Below, one piece after another: positions 12,619 to 25,681 of a DNA stretch of 64,000 nt. The position numbers were made by a program, and so were the translations under genes. The notes under the pieces were generated by a model. The model saw nothing but the letters and a program-made list of their open reading frames with translations. It ran no database searches and was not told the DNA's origin. This DNA is from Psilocybe cubensis. Its lineage: Eukaryota. Every line of letters starts with the position of its first letter. Position 1 is the first letter of the stretch. The stretch lies in NCBI GenBank assembly GCA_017499595.2, contig CM039006.1, positions 868,001 through 932,000 of the forward strand, written 5' to 3'.

Positions 12619-14989
12619 TCACGATACCACATGCACAGGGATCTCGACACTGTCGTCGAACATCATGGGCTCCCCGCAGTCGATCTGCACCGTCAGCACA
12701 CCGTTTTCTATTCTTGCACTAATATGCTCGAGCTTTTATGTCGATCAGTCATAAACGGGCAAATAATATGCACAAGATGTATATTTTGAATATGTTGATG
12801 TGGGATCCGAATCAAAACCATGTCGTTGGAGGAGAGGCAAGATCGAGAGTAATGCCAGGGTTTGCGTCGTTCCACGTGAATATTGATTGGTTGGTCGCAT
12901 TGAAGTGATCGTTGAAGCGAAATACACCGAGAGAAGGAAAAATGTTCATTAGCCGAGTTAACTTTGAAGTCGCACAGATAGGATGGGATAAGAAAATATA
13001 TAACAATTTTTCCTGTACACAACATATCTAAATAGCCAAAATCAAGAAAAACAAAGGACATCGCGCCCGACAACATCATGTGAAAGAAAATAGATAAAAA
13101 ACGTTGAGGAATATAAGGACGCACCTCTGTATTCGAAGGAACGCGTAGTACGCGTCTCATGGCCCCATAATGGCGTTCACGAACGTTCGGGTTTGCGACC
13201 CTGCCAATGAAGCCTACGTCAGTACCCGTAAGGCGCCTCATAGCCTGACCCGGTCTGTATGGCCCATGGATCTCCCATAGCGCGTCTGCTATCGATTTTG
13301 GTTCGGAAGACGAAGTCGACGGCAGAGACGCCGCAGGAGCTGATTGAACACCGTGACCCCCCGCGGTTGGTGGATGCATGGCTGAATCGGCCGTCGGTAA
13401 AGATTCGCCTTCCTCTTCTTCTTCCTCTTCTTCTTCCTTTCGCATTTGCACGTCCAAGTTATCGGTGGGCCTGAGGACGGTCGAAGGGAGAGTCGTTCCA
13501 TGCATTTTGTGTCGTCCACCTGCCTCGTCTCCATCGGCATCGTCGCTGAAAGCGGGTAAGCAAAGAGCCAGGATTACAACATTCTTCGTGCGTGTATGGT
13601 AACTTGTCCCCAGTCTAATATGTATATGTTCGGCCTTTACTCCTGGAATCTCCATAGAGGCCGTCATGATATGGGTGCGCATGGAGTACTCTATATCTGC
13701 GCGTATAGTTGAAACTGGGGCGGCATGAAGATATTTTGATGCATAGGCGTGGAAAAGCGCGGAAGAAGGTGCTTGTGTAGAAGCAGTGGGTGGAGGAATC
13801 GAGGAAGACTCCGCGCTCGACGGTTTAGGTAGCGAGGTCGAAGATGTAGAGGTCGACGATGACGATGTTTGATGAAGGGTGGAACGTGTTGCCTTTGATG
13901 CTTTGCCCGGGCCCGAAACTGACGACGCCGCGGCGCTTGTAGAAGTTGTCCCAGTTTGACTCGGCGGTGGAGTCCTGAGTAGAGAACGTCAAATGCAACA
14001 AAATGTACATTAATCCTACAAATGTCAAGTACGAGCAGAATATTGTCTCACCTGGCCAGAGAAGTCCCTCTACGAGTGGAAGAGCGTGGGATAGGAGTTG
14101 TCGATCGTGCAGACGAAACCGGTGAAGCAGGACCTGGAGTGCTACTGCGCGTTACTGGCACCCGAGAAGTACTGGGCGCTGGGCCTGACGTTGTCTTGGT
14201 GCCGGCTTCAAACCTGACGCTTGTTTTAGGTTTTGCCGCGCTACGAGTTCGTCTTGTGGTGACCTTAGCTGGAGGTGAAGGGGGTTGTGGGGGTACAGGG
14301 GGAGGAAGTGAAGGGGTTACTGAAGGGAGAGGAGTACTAACGCCTACCCCGCTAGTAGATGGCACAGGCGACACCACCACCGGTGTCAATGGTGATTCGA
14401 CAGACCCACCACGAGAGTCGTGACTTTGATAGCTCGGCACTGCACCTCCAGATGCTCTCCTATAATAGGGATGCGATTCTGCGGCACGTCCCCGACTGCT
14501 GGGGATCGACCGATGGACACCCGAGGGCTGCTGCGGTGCACGAAAAAGCGTCGATGAATCAGGAGGGCCCATATGATGTACTTGACCGTAGACGGATTGC
14601 TGCTGCTCTTGGGGCTGGACAAGGTCGTATCGCGGTTGCTGTTGTAAATATTGTTGGGCTTGTAATTGCGCAGTATGTGGATGATGGAGCAAAACAGGCG
14701 CGTCACTCATAGGCGAACCTGTCTGGCTTAAGTGAGACTGGCTTGGAACGAGATATGGGGGCTCCTCTAGTTCAACGGACGGAAATGAGGTGGCGATTGG
14801 GGTGTGCATAGGCGTTGAATGATGCGATGATTGTAACGAGTGCATTTCATGCGCCTGGGCCTGTGTGCTCTCCAGGGTCTCCCACTGAGGATACGCGCCT
14901 GGAGGCTGCTGCTGATTCGGTGTTGATGGACTCCCTGCGCCATAAATGTCTGCGTACTGGTCGTTACCGTAGGAAGGGGGAAAGGACAT
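12619..14989 (-). CDS. Large protein with a long Q/P/S/T-rich N-terminus and a C-terminal HSP20/alpha-crystallin-like domain split by an acidic insert
   Basis: ORF 14048-14989 splices (AG|GTGAGA..CAG|G) in frame into RADIEYSMRTHIMTASMEIPGVKAEHIHI. About 120 aa later comes RERHYGAMRRVLRVP, and a final exon reads LEHISARIENGVLTVQI...VVS*. These match the ordered motifs of fungal small heat-shock proteins. Confidence 0.75.
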
Positions 14990-17900
14990 GAGGGGAAAAC
15001 GGGGAAAAGGGAGAAAAGATGCAGGGATCGGTTTATATAGGGCGCGGTGTCAGTGTGACTCCATAGTCGCTTCCGCCCGGATGCCGTCACCAGAACAATG
15101 GCGCGGGTTCGAACAATGACATGAGGCGCGAGTCTCCACCAATCACATCAAGCCATCAATCCCGCCGTCGGTAACACGTGTATCTAATTAACCTTTTATG
15201 GACACGCGTACGTGGCTCGTGACCGCGTGTAATGAGTCCGATGCTATTTCCATCGCCGACTCGGGGTCTCGCTTCAGTGGTTCGACATCAATATGTTTCT
15301 GCAGGCAAGGAAAACGCGTGTTTTCATGGACCGACTAAATGAATTATAAATCTAGTCTGAAAAAAACTACTACCACGCTGCCCTCCGCGGTAACATTCCA
15401 TGATAAACTTTCACAGCGGCCTTGTAGAGTTTGTATATATCCGAGTCTTGAAGCTGTGGAGATCAAATTTCAAGTTGGGGATATTCAGGTTTACTGATGA
15501 TTCGACGGAAAACGACTGTTGTTTACAGCTTAATGTCTATTGCGCTCCCGTCCATCTCCTTCCACATCTTGATATCTAGCCAAGATATTCGCGAATCCGA
15601 ATCGCTATATCGGGTAGTATCGGAAGCAATTGGGATGATTCGGAACAATCCGTATTGAATCGGAGCTTTATTGCAAGACATCTTTTCAAATTGAACATTA
15701 TGGACGCTCAACAAACGCTCAAGCTCTTCTCTGCCACAATGATCATTGTTGCATCTGTACTCAATTTGATTCACATACCTCTAATCTGCCATGTACTCGG
15801 TCTCAATACAACCAAAATTCCGCACTTCGAACGCTATCTGGAGGTACGATTTTCAACAGGGCCAACGACCTCAGTTACCTCAGTTCTGTATGTACATTTA
15901 TCCCACAAAATGATGCCAATCGTCGTATTTCTCATCTGATTAATGATTAAAGCACAGGCCTACCACTAAATCTTCTATTCCGTCTGATCTACAGAGACAC
16001 AGACATATCTCATCATCTCACGGGCCCGGAGTGTTTGCAAGTTTGATCAAACTCTCAAGGATCCAGTGATCCGTTGCCCATTGCCAGAAAATGATATATG
16101 GATGCTAAAATGTTATCAATTCGACAGTGAAAAATAGCCATGACCTATGGTGATGCATTTTCTGGTCTGGATCGGGATACATTCACTCCAACTGACGCCA
16201 GTAACTCTGCCACGGAACGGACGTCGTTTCAATATATGATTCCACTGGCTCAAGGGTTTCTATATTCCCGTAGGATAACACGATATGGGCTCAAGAAGTC
16301 AAGACGATCCGTTTTTGACCAAAGCAGTGTCACAACCGGATGGCGGTGTCTAAACCGTGGGCTCAATGTAACATGAATAGACTGATGATGCCCATAAAGT
16401 CTTCTATCAGGCCAAATCTTTCTGGACCGCTTTTTCTCGCACGGGAGAGGCACGATGCGTACAAAGCTGTAGCAGAGTCTACAAATATCAAGAAAAACTC
16501 GTTCGAGTGTGCTGTCATTGTGGAGTTTGATATCAACACATTTCGATATTGATCTTTACTAACGCTCATGTACTCAGGGCGGCAATCTGCTCTCAGAATG
16601 AGAAATGCTGCGCATGTTGCCCAATATGCAGCTTCCCGTATAACTGCTCCGATATCTACCGGTGAGAACCTAGTAATGGCAAACTCAAAACATTATGATC
16701 ATCACATTTACAATATTGTAGTATGCGGGCGTTAATATTACAGATTCCTTCCAGTGGCCGAGGTTGGACAGTTGCTTTGTATAGGGAAAGCTGACCTCTT
16801 TCCATCTAGACGTTATGATCACAGGTCATGAAGAACATGATCATGTCGAGGTAGCCCTCATTTCACACTCCCGTCCCGGAAATCCACCTCCAATGCCGCT
16901 CTCGGAGTTCAATGTCGAACTTGTACCGTCCAGGGATAGGTTGAAAGTGAAAATCAAATCAAACCAATGGTCAGTATAGGAATATGTATCCTTTGTATAA
17001 ACTTTCACTAAATTCGCAATAAAAAGGGCGCGATAAAGATAACACGGGCTGCACCGTAAGCTCTCGGCTCAGTCATCTCATCACTCAAAGCGTGCTTCAT
17101 TTACGAGAAAGATGAAAAGACGCATCATTGGATGCTGCGACGGCTGACTGGGTTCTGGTTCTGGAGAGCATCCCAAGGAATGCGCGAAGGGTCCAACTGA
17201 ATGGTCTTGAAAGAAAGTCACACTGAAAAATTAAAGACTACAGAAATGCTTCTGCAGGGCCTGCTAGAAGGAGGAAATGAAGCGTCATTTCACCCCACAG
17301 CCGGACTTTTAAGTGCTCCGCGCTTCACCGTCAACAACATTTTTGCCGCATCCTCCGGCAATTCTGGTCACTGCAGAGTGTCATGCGGGACCCCACACTG
17401 AACACAATGGGTATATTCTCTATATAGGGTTTCGCAGGGTTTCGCAGAAAACATACGGAGTCTTCGGGGAAACCTCTCGTCTCGACCATCATGGGCTGCA
17501 GGCGCTCATTCTTCAATCCTAACAAAGCGGGTAGTCAAGAGCTCATCACTAAATATCGAAACAGTAAAAAGCCTGGCGCATCGGACACGCACACATGTAA
17601 TAGTAGCTTCCATGTTAATTCCCAGAATCTTCTCAGGTGTTGTATAGCGCGTAACTGATCATGTCCGAGACTATGATTCTTTCTTTCATGCTCTAAAACC
17701 GACCGGTGCTGTGATTAACAGTAAGAGGAAGATTGTGTGTCTGTGGCATAGCTTTCGGTATGATGCCGCGGGTGGGGGAGCCTTCGGATGTCCTCTGCGA
17801 ACCATGCCCCTAACTGATCCCCACGAAAGTGCTGGTGAGAGCAAGCACGTCATACGAATGACATAGAATGATTTGTCCGTTATCTCAGCCCCGATAATCC

Positions 17901-18770
17901 ATGCCATTGATGTTAAAGCACCACGAGACTGCCTCGTGTACTAGTCGAAATTCCTTGAGATCTGATTGTTTGACATCTAAGAGCTCTTCTATAGAGCAGG
18001 TCTATTATAACGTCGTGCCCTGATTGGTTTATGGGTATTAAAGTGACCTTATTCCGGATGGTGAGAGCTTTGATTATCAGGACTGGGAAATCTTAACAGG
18101 GATTTCTTCAATCAGCTTGACAGATAGGCCCCTCTATGTCCAAAGACTCACAGTCTAGCCATTTCCGAGGCGGGGGAGGCATCGCCTCCAATGTCAGAGC
18201 CAAATCAGCGTGTTTGGAGTGACTGTTACAGTATTAACCATCGCCCTGGTCTGCCATTTTGAAACTCGAGCATCGACGAGATTGACCAAGCCACAAGCAT
18301 TATATTTACCGTCAGTTCCGCGATGAGCCGGTGCTCCCGAAAGTTGGGGTGTTCAGAGGCGTTCGGATTCCAGACAAAAAACGTGAGCCCTGTCATCGGC
18401 TCTAAAAATGTCTGGATGCACTGGACGGCCATCTACCCAAGCTATCCATGCCAATTTGAAACGGCGAACGCTCCGAGGTACATATAAGATTGTCATTCCC
18501 CGACGACCTCTTCATCGACCTCTAAAGCTAATCTAATCCCCCGGTTATGCTTCGAGATTGAGTCCCTCCCGTCGCCAATCCTCAATACTCCTCCTCTCCT
18601 CCGCTGTCTGTACCACCACTTGTACGTGCATACATTAAAATGGACATTACCTACTGACGCTAATGATACCTTTCACTTTTGCAGAATGTTCATTCGACTA
18701 TAATCGCGATACCATATTTTATACCCTTATTGTCCATCCAAGCCTTACTATATAATCTACTACTATAATA

Positions 18771-19308
18771 ATGCCTTCCTCAAGCCCAACGGCCCCAACG
18801 GCACCATACTTCCTAAAAGAGGGGGATATCATGAAGGCAAAGCCAAAACATTTCATCCCAAGACCAGAGAGCGTGGTATGTTTGGACACACCGCCCTTCA
18901 CCACGTTTTCATTTCAGAACCTAACAATATTTGAATTTATTTAGGGGAGCGTCGGTCAACACCCGGTGATCGTGCTCACGAGGCCCGACTCTCAGGGATT
19001 CGTTTTGGTCGCACCCATGTCCCATAATCACCCGGAGGGAACTCCAACTAGAAGCGCGTCGAGATACGGTCTCCCCGTGGATCCAATAAAAGGCGAAAGC
19101 CGAGTGAACGTTGGCCAGCCCAAAGTCGTTCACCAAGATAATCTTAGAGCAAATAAACCCTACACTACTATGGCCTATAATCATTTCGCAGCTTTAAAAG
19201 CCGAAATTTGTATGTCCTTTCCTTCGGTCTCCTCGTTAATTACAGACGCTGATATCGGTTTTAACAACAGTCAAAAACCTGCATCATATGCAGCATATGG
19301 GCTACTAA
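18771..19308 (+). CDS. Small (~135 aa) hypothetical protein, possibly PemK/MazF-like fold
   Basis: Exons 18771-18875, 18945-19209 and 19271-19308 with GTATGT donors. Protein: ..EGDIMKAKP..GSVGQHPVIVLTRPDSQGFVLVAPMSH..GESRVNVGQPKVVHQDNL.. Confidence 0.6.
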
Positions 19309-19824
19309 AGCCTGAACCTGTCTACTCTCTCGATCGATCGCATATGAAGGCACTGGTTGCCTTTCGGAACAAGCAAGTCTTGGATATTATCCCCCTCACG
19401 ATTTGGAACGGATACTCTACAAATCTTATAATTCTACAGAGCACCACCGCGGACGCGACCTGGCAAAAGTCCAGTACTAATTCTTCGGAATCTCGAGATT
19501 CCATGTAATACTACAAAATTATTGTACAACTAAAGATGTAATATATCTTTATCAATTTTAGACAAAATTGGAAATACGACAAAGGAGGCAAAGTTTCTAC
19601 CATGCAAGGTAACTCGTTTACAAATGGAATCTTGTGTTTCAGGTAGTCAATCTACGCCCTGCAGATCCTGTCATTGCATAACTCGGGGGGCAGTGTAAGT
19701 GATTCCGAACATTGCTCTCCGAGAATTATAAATAGACAGAAGCACGGAGGAAGAAAAAATGAGGAAATGGTGTTCCATGCCTCCAAAACACACAGCATTT
19801 GTAGAGGCAAGGAGAGCAAAAAAG

Positions 19825-19921
19825 AACCGACGGTGGGGATCGAACCCACAACCTCTGCCTCTTCCGTAACGCGAGAAGCGCGCAATAGGAAAGCAACGCA
19901 CTACCATTGTGCTACGACGGC
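19825..19921 (-). tRNA. tRNA-Arg(CCT) with 25-nt intron
   Basis: GCCGTCG-TA-GCAC AATGGTA GTGC-G-TTGCT TT CCT A [intron] A GGCAG-AGGTT-GTGGG TTCGATC CCCAC-CGTCGGT-T, followed by a T6 terminator. One T:T mismatch in the acceptor stem. Confidence 0.85.
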
Positions 19922-20997
19922 TGTTGTTGTGAGCTAAAATATTTTTGCCAGGTGGCGGGCGCTTGTTTCGAGACACAGGACAGGTCGGCTCGCTATTTGT
20001 GCGTGTGGCTGATACTGATACTAATACTTACTCAAAATATAGTATGAACATCTAGTTTGTCACTTTTGATGACCCTTTCAGTACTTTTGAAAGTGAAAAC
20101 ACTAGCTGTGAGAAATGGGGTCTGGGTAGCTGCAAGCGTCAAACACTTGCGCACTTTTGGCACTTTTGGCCCTTTTCTCACTTTTGAAAGGTGTGAAAGC
20201 GTCTGCTAGTAGGGTTGTACTTTTTCTGATGTATTATTTAATCTAGGGAAAGCCATATCTGGACTACCACAGTGTATAGATAACTTGAGGATGAGCCTGA
20301 TAATACATCTCACAAACTTATTAACATCCAGATATTACACACCAGAGTGCAAGGCGCTACCAAAGGAGGCCCGCTGTATCAGTAGAGTTTGAAAAGAATA
20401 GTTTAGAAGCAAAATAGTACAGGAGGAGTAGTAGTAGATGTCCTACATAAGGCATAGCCTCAAAGGACAATAAATGGATTTTTTTAAAAAAAAAAATACA
20501 TCTCACCCCCCCAAGGGAGGAGCATTCTTATTTTTTTAAATACCTATAACAAAAAGTTGGGAGAATGATTATGCAATTATGATGGAATTAATCACCAAAA
20601 AGGACTCTGCCGGATAAAAGGCAACTAACAATGGGGATTGAACCCATGATTGTGGGTTCCAGGAAAGGGGAAAAAGTGTGTATGTACTCAACTAAGGCTC
20701 CAATCATTTAGTTTGTTTATCGTTTACAAACTGTTTATTCCATTTACTGTTTAGTTTATTTTGTACTTCATGCCAAACAGTATACAAACCGTTTACAAAC
20801 AGTTTACACGGTCCCTATTCCAGGATTGATCTAAGCAACTCAATTGTCCAATAAGCATTAGTAAAACACAATTTCCAATGTTGCGGGACAGCAGTTACTA
20901 TAAGAACCGGAGAAAATTCACTGAAATGTGATTTCTGAGAGTTGGCAACATTGCAGGCTGCAAGAGTAAGCCAGAAAATTCTACCACATACATTGAC

Positions 20998-22114
20998 ATG
21001 TCAGCACCTCCGCCTGGCAATCGTGTTATGCATTTGCACATTCAGAAAGTTGTCAAATCCTTGACTCTTCTCTCGTCGTCGCTTCCGGACAATATACCAG
21101 TGGCTACACGGCACGATAAAATCTATACTGCAATACCTACTGCTCCTATCGAAAGTCAGGGTTCAGCCATCTTTGAGACATTTAATCATGTCACGGACAT
21201 TCTATTTAAAGAATATGCAGACTGTCGAGATGAGCATGGTCGCTTTCATTATATCCGTCGTGGAAAGCTTGGAATGGAAAATTTCTGTGTGTATATAGGC
21301 AAAATAAACTGGGAAGTCTCTGACATTCCCCTTGACCTTGTTGGGATGAAGCTGGAACGGATACTTGATGAGCTCAAATATCTTACATGCGTAACTAATA
21401 TCTACATTTATATTCAATCTAATATGTACTTACTATTGGTTAGAAAACTTCCTCCTAAGAAAACAGGAGTCTATAACAATGCAAAGACAAAGCCGGTACC
21501 AAAAACCAAAAAGAAGGCAAAAAAAATGAGTGGAATAACTCAGGATCTAATCAATGGTGCTGTACGTGACCTTTGGAGCCTTCCTAGCAAAGGTAATGTC
21601 ACATTAAACTCACGTCTAGCCCTGAATAAAAGATCTAAATACCTTGTATTAGATGGAGAGTGTACCGACATCAATTCTGAGGATGACGCTACATTTAAAC
21701 CACGCCAAAATATGGAGCGTGAGTTATCCAAAGATTCAATTTTGTTATATACCCTCGATAAGGACGGGCTTGAAGTTGATGATAGCAAGAATGACCCAAA
21801 AAAGCGCCAGCGAGTAGTATCTGATACAGAAAGTGAAGGAGAACAGGTTAACAAGGTAAGACATTGAAATATAAGAAGTATAAGTTAACTTACTATTGAA
21901 TATTTACTGTAATAGGGCCCGTTGTACAAAAAAGCAAAGAAATCAGCAAGCGCAGCCAAATCTGCAAAGATTAAGGTCATTGATGTTGACGACGTACCTG
22001 AGGCATCAGAAACAGAAGTCAAATACAACAAAAAGGGCCCTGCAAACCATAGTCGAGCCCATTTTAGAAATCCGGTACCCGTTGTAGTACAAGGAGTTCA
22101 TCAATGGGAGTTTT
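20998..22114 (+). pseudogene. hAT transposase, 5' part up to the BED finger
   Basis: Spliced ORFs 20998-21867 and 21922-22137 end at HFRNPVPVVVQGVHQWEF. Removing the KDZ insert joins this to LCRHCKK at 44075. Confidence 0.8.
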
Positions 22115-22432
22115 CACATAAGACAGTTTATTTATAACGTACATTACCTAAGATTTAATAATAAGGATATTACGTGAGACACAGTGGATTTACTTCCGCT
22201 ACCTAATTAGGAGATTAGCGTGATGTACGTGTGATTTAGCCTGGCAAATCATAGCGTACATGACGTGCCATTTAGCGCTAAATGGAGCCGCCGGGTGGCC
22301 TGCGGGATCCGCGCGTCTACCTACACGGAAGAAACACGGGCCGGAAATGAGCCGGACGGGTCCATTTGCATCCCGTGTATTGCAAGCAGACGGATCCGCT
22401 TGACCCGTGTTGTGCTGTCAGACAGACCCATT
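22115..22432. repeat. Left terminal inverted repeat of the KDZ element
   Basis: Reverse complement of 43750-44067 with only a few mismatches. Contains internal ACACGGG/CCCGTGT and CGGATCCG motifs. Confidence 0.95.
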
Positions 22433-22557
22433 CATCCATCCGCTTCTGTATTCCGACAAATATCCGCCTTGAATCGTACATTGGATGACCGTTAATATAT
22501 GTAATAAGGTGTATAGATTATACTGGCAGCAAATTCCTTTCCATATACCCTGATAGT

Positions 22558-23837
22558 ATGGATTATGCCTTTGAGCTAACCCAATCCCTCTCAAACTACA
22601 TGAAGGCAAAGATAGCTAGTCGTCTTTGGCATGCAGAACTGCCTAATCAAATCCGGGAAAACTTCAGTGCTGAGACCATGTTTGAGTGCAATCTAGCTGT
22701 GGAGGTGATTTTGCAGGCATTTGAAAATCAAGGTATGCAATCAATAAGCTTTGAAAATTGAGATTAAATAATGTGTGAATGGCAGAATATACGACGTGGG
22801 ATGCAGAAGAATATTTGACCCATCTCAGCGCACGTTGCACGGGTCAGAATTCTGCCGTTGAGGCTCGCCTGAAAGACCAGTTTCCTCCGGTGCATTCCAC
22901 GTTACAGTACCAAACCCTGCCCGGAACTGTAATCGATAGTGCAGGCAACATATTGGTGTGGTACCTGCCAGGTATTTTGTCAGAGACAAGGGTGGTGAGT
23001 TTTAGAAACGGACCGATTAATTCCTATATTATGCGTTCTAAAGAGTAACAGGAGAGTGTGTGGAATTCATTACGGGATATTGAAACAATGATTCACAAGG
23101 CGGCACCTTTGGCCACAAGCTGGAGGGTCAATGACAGTTACTTTCGACATGAGCCAGGTTGGCTTCAACCTGGAAATCTTAACTTTTCCCCGGCATGGTT
23201 TCAGCAAGGCCATGAGGTGAGAAACTTGTTTGCTAAGTATTATACTGCCTCATATTTTCCTCAGACGTCCAACCCGCTTGAGGTCTCCTTGGACTTGTGT
23301 AATCCTATTGGACAGGAGTTTATACGAGACATGATGACATCTTCGGCTTTGCTGGGAGCCATCTTGAGCATTATACACCCCGAGCAGTACCGGGCGGGAA
23401 TAAAATTTCTTCAACGGCTTGCTGCGGAACCGGAGCTCGTCCATAAGGCCGAAATATTGAAGCAAATTCTCACAATATGGAGTTCGCCCTTTGGAGTCAT
23501 GACCGCCATCAGCAACCGAGATACACCATACCATCGGGATAATGGGTCATGCTACTCATGGTACGATTTTTTGATGCCACTTGGGAAGGGTGAACACGGA
23601 CGGCTTGAGCTTCCTGGCCTTGGACTTCGGTACAAGTATGATCCCATGACCCTTGTTGCAATTACCGGCAGGTTGCTTCAACACGGCACGGTGTGCGAGG
23701 GAGATAGGGCAGTCATAGTCTATTACATGCGTAGGAATGTATTTAAAGAGCTGGGAGTCCAAGAGGCGGGATGGTCTACTACGTACGATCTTTTTGCAAA
23801 TTTACCGGCCACCAACACTTTTGATTTTGAAATATGA
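22558..23837 (+). CDS. TET/JBP-family 2-oxoglutarate/Fe(II) dioxygenase (fungal TET)
   Basis: Exons 22558-22732, 22786-22994, 23052-23216 and 23265-23837, with no internal stop. Motifs ILVWYLPGIL, GNLNFSPAWFQQGH, NRDTPYHRD (HxD), RLELPGLG..YDPMTLVAITGRLLQHG (distal His) and GDRAVIVYYMR (2OG-binding Arg). Location inside a KDZ element is the known context for agaric TET/JBP genes. Confidence 0.88.
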
Positions 23838-24064
23838 TCAGTTTTTGACTTGGAAGTTGGGTTTGGGGAAGATTTTTTTATATTTCCAAAACAAAACGGT
23901 ACGAAAGCTACAGGACAACCAGAATTCTCTGTCCCAGGGTGTTTCCGACGCGCCCGCGCTGAGCTCTTCCAAGGTTACCGGAATCATCGGACTCCGCCGT
24001 CGTATTACCGGCGGAAAAGGCATCATCCGCCTCCTCTTCGATGTCCTGTGCAAGAGGTGGGCAA

Positions 24065-25681
24065 CTAAGATTCCTCATCCCAGGGTGTTTCCGACACGTC
24101 CTCGCTAAGCTCTTCCGAGTTACCGGAAGCATCTGACTCCTCCGTCGTATCACCGGCGGAAGACTCCTCATCCGCCTCCTCTTCAAAGTCCTGTGCGAGA
24201 TGCTCTAAAAACGTAGCTGGTGTAGAGGATTCAGTGGTATCGGACGTACTATCAATATCATCCTCTTCTCCCGGGAAAACAGGTCTTGACCTTGCGTTAA
24301 AAAGGAAGGCATTGCTGGTGTGTGCATTTGACGGAGGGCTGACGGAACCGGGCGTAGGCAGAGTATCTGTTGGGAGATGAATATTTGCAGTGTTGGAGGG
24401 TGGCGAATGATACCAGAGTGGATGAAAAGGTAGTTCCTTGACGGCAATAAAAGAATAAAAAATGTCGTTGATGTAAAATGAAGCGACTTTGAGCTTTGAG
24501 ACCTCGAAGGACCGGGCTTGAGCCGTTATAGCGCCCCAACTGTCAGGAGAAGGGTGAACGGGATGCTGAAATTTGTATTTGGCTGAAAGCCCCTTGCCGT
24601 TAGAGAACGGGAGCTCCTTAGAGTCAATCCACATCTTCTCCAATACAGAATATCTGCCCAAGGCGGCCGAAGAAGTAGTCACTGCTTTATGGGCATTCTT
24701 CATTTTGTCCGCCACATTCCGGCGCAGGTGAGCCAACTCCCTCATTACGCCCGTTAGGATAGGCTGACCGCAGCGGGGACAGTAGGGCGGTCTGTGGTCA
24801 GAAATTGCAATTGGGGATGTTTCATCCCGCGTGTTTGCAACACGGGTCGGCGGATTGGGTTTCCCCGTGGGCGGTGAAAACGCGGAGCCGTGCTTTCCCG
24901 TCAACGCGGATCCGTGCTTCCCCGAGGTGGGGACGGATGTCCGTTCAGCCGCCTTTCCCTTGCCCTTGGGATTGTTTTCCTGATTTCTTGGAGGCCCAGA
25001 GGTAGATGAACTTGCGCCCTCCTTAGCTTCTTTCCTCTGATTATTTAGCCGGAGTACCTCTTGTTGGTATTCAGGCAGAACCACCTGGTGGGAAGGACGC
25101 AAATCAGATATAATCCACAGCAATAAAAAAACATACCTTGTTCCAAAATTCTCTTGCTTGCGATTCAACGGTAACAAAGGCAACTTGCCACTCATCGCCT
25201 TCAGCAAATCCGTCCCTCCACCAATATCCCCAGCTCTTGGTCTGATTTAAAATTTCATCATCTTCCCATGCTGACCAGCTTTGATTTAGAGATTCAAATA
25301 AAACAGCTCGATGGTGGGGAGTTCGGTTCAAAATGGCATGTACGCTCTGATTCTGATATAAAAAATGGAATATCAACTTGGAATCCATTGACATAGCAGT
25401 ATCCGAGTACTCTCAGCAGTATAGCCTGACGACCAGTTCTCAATACAAGATATAATCGTTCAAAATTACTGTCTTACCACCTCCAGGTCGAGCAAATACA
25501 TCCATTTTTGGCGACGCACGGAGGAAACAGAGTCTCCGTTTGCAATGAACAAACGGTATCCGGCACGGATCCGTGCACCACAAATATGGACATGAACTTT
25601 GGCCAGAGCACGTCGCTCATCATAGGTAAGGAGATGATGTTCGTCCTCGACAGGAGGTTTAAAAAGCCGCGGTAAGTGCAT
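24065..25681 (-). CDS. KDZ cargo gene, hypothetical protein with an acidic C-terminal tail
   Basis: Spliced ORF pieces 25466-25750, 25104-25394 and 24065-25207. Contains CPRCGQP and a D/E-rich tail. The start codon is approximate. Confidence 0.6.

Noticed and set aside
11661-12650. 329-aa minus-strand ORF
   Set aside because: Lies in the pyrimidine-rich 3' region of the HSP20-like gene, with low-complexity F/L/S composition and no recognisable motif; probably spurious.
15100-18600. Scattered 60-95 aa ORFs
   Set aside because: No coherent spliced gene or domain could be built. May be a decayed gene or intergenic DNA; unresolved.
20050-20220. Cluster of CACTTTT motifs, MITE-like
   Set aside because: No clear terminal repeats or target duplication found.
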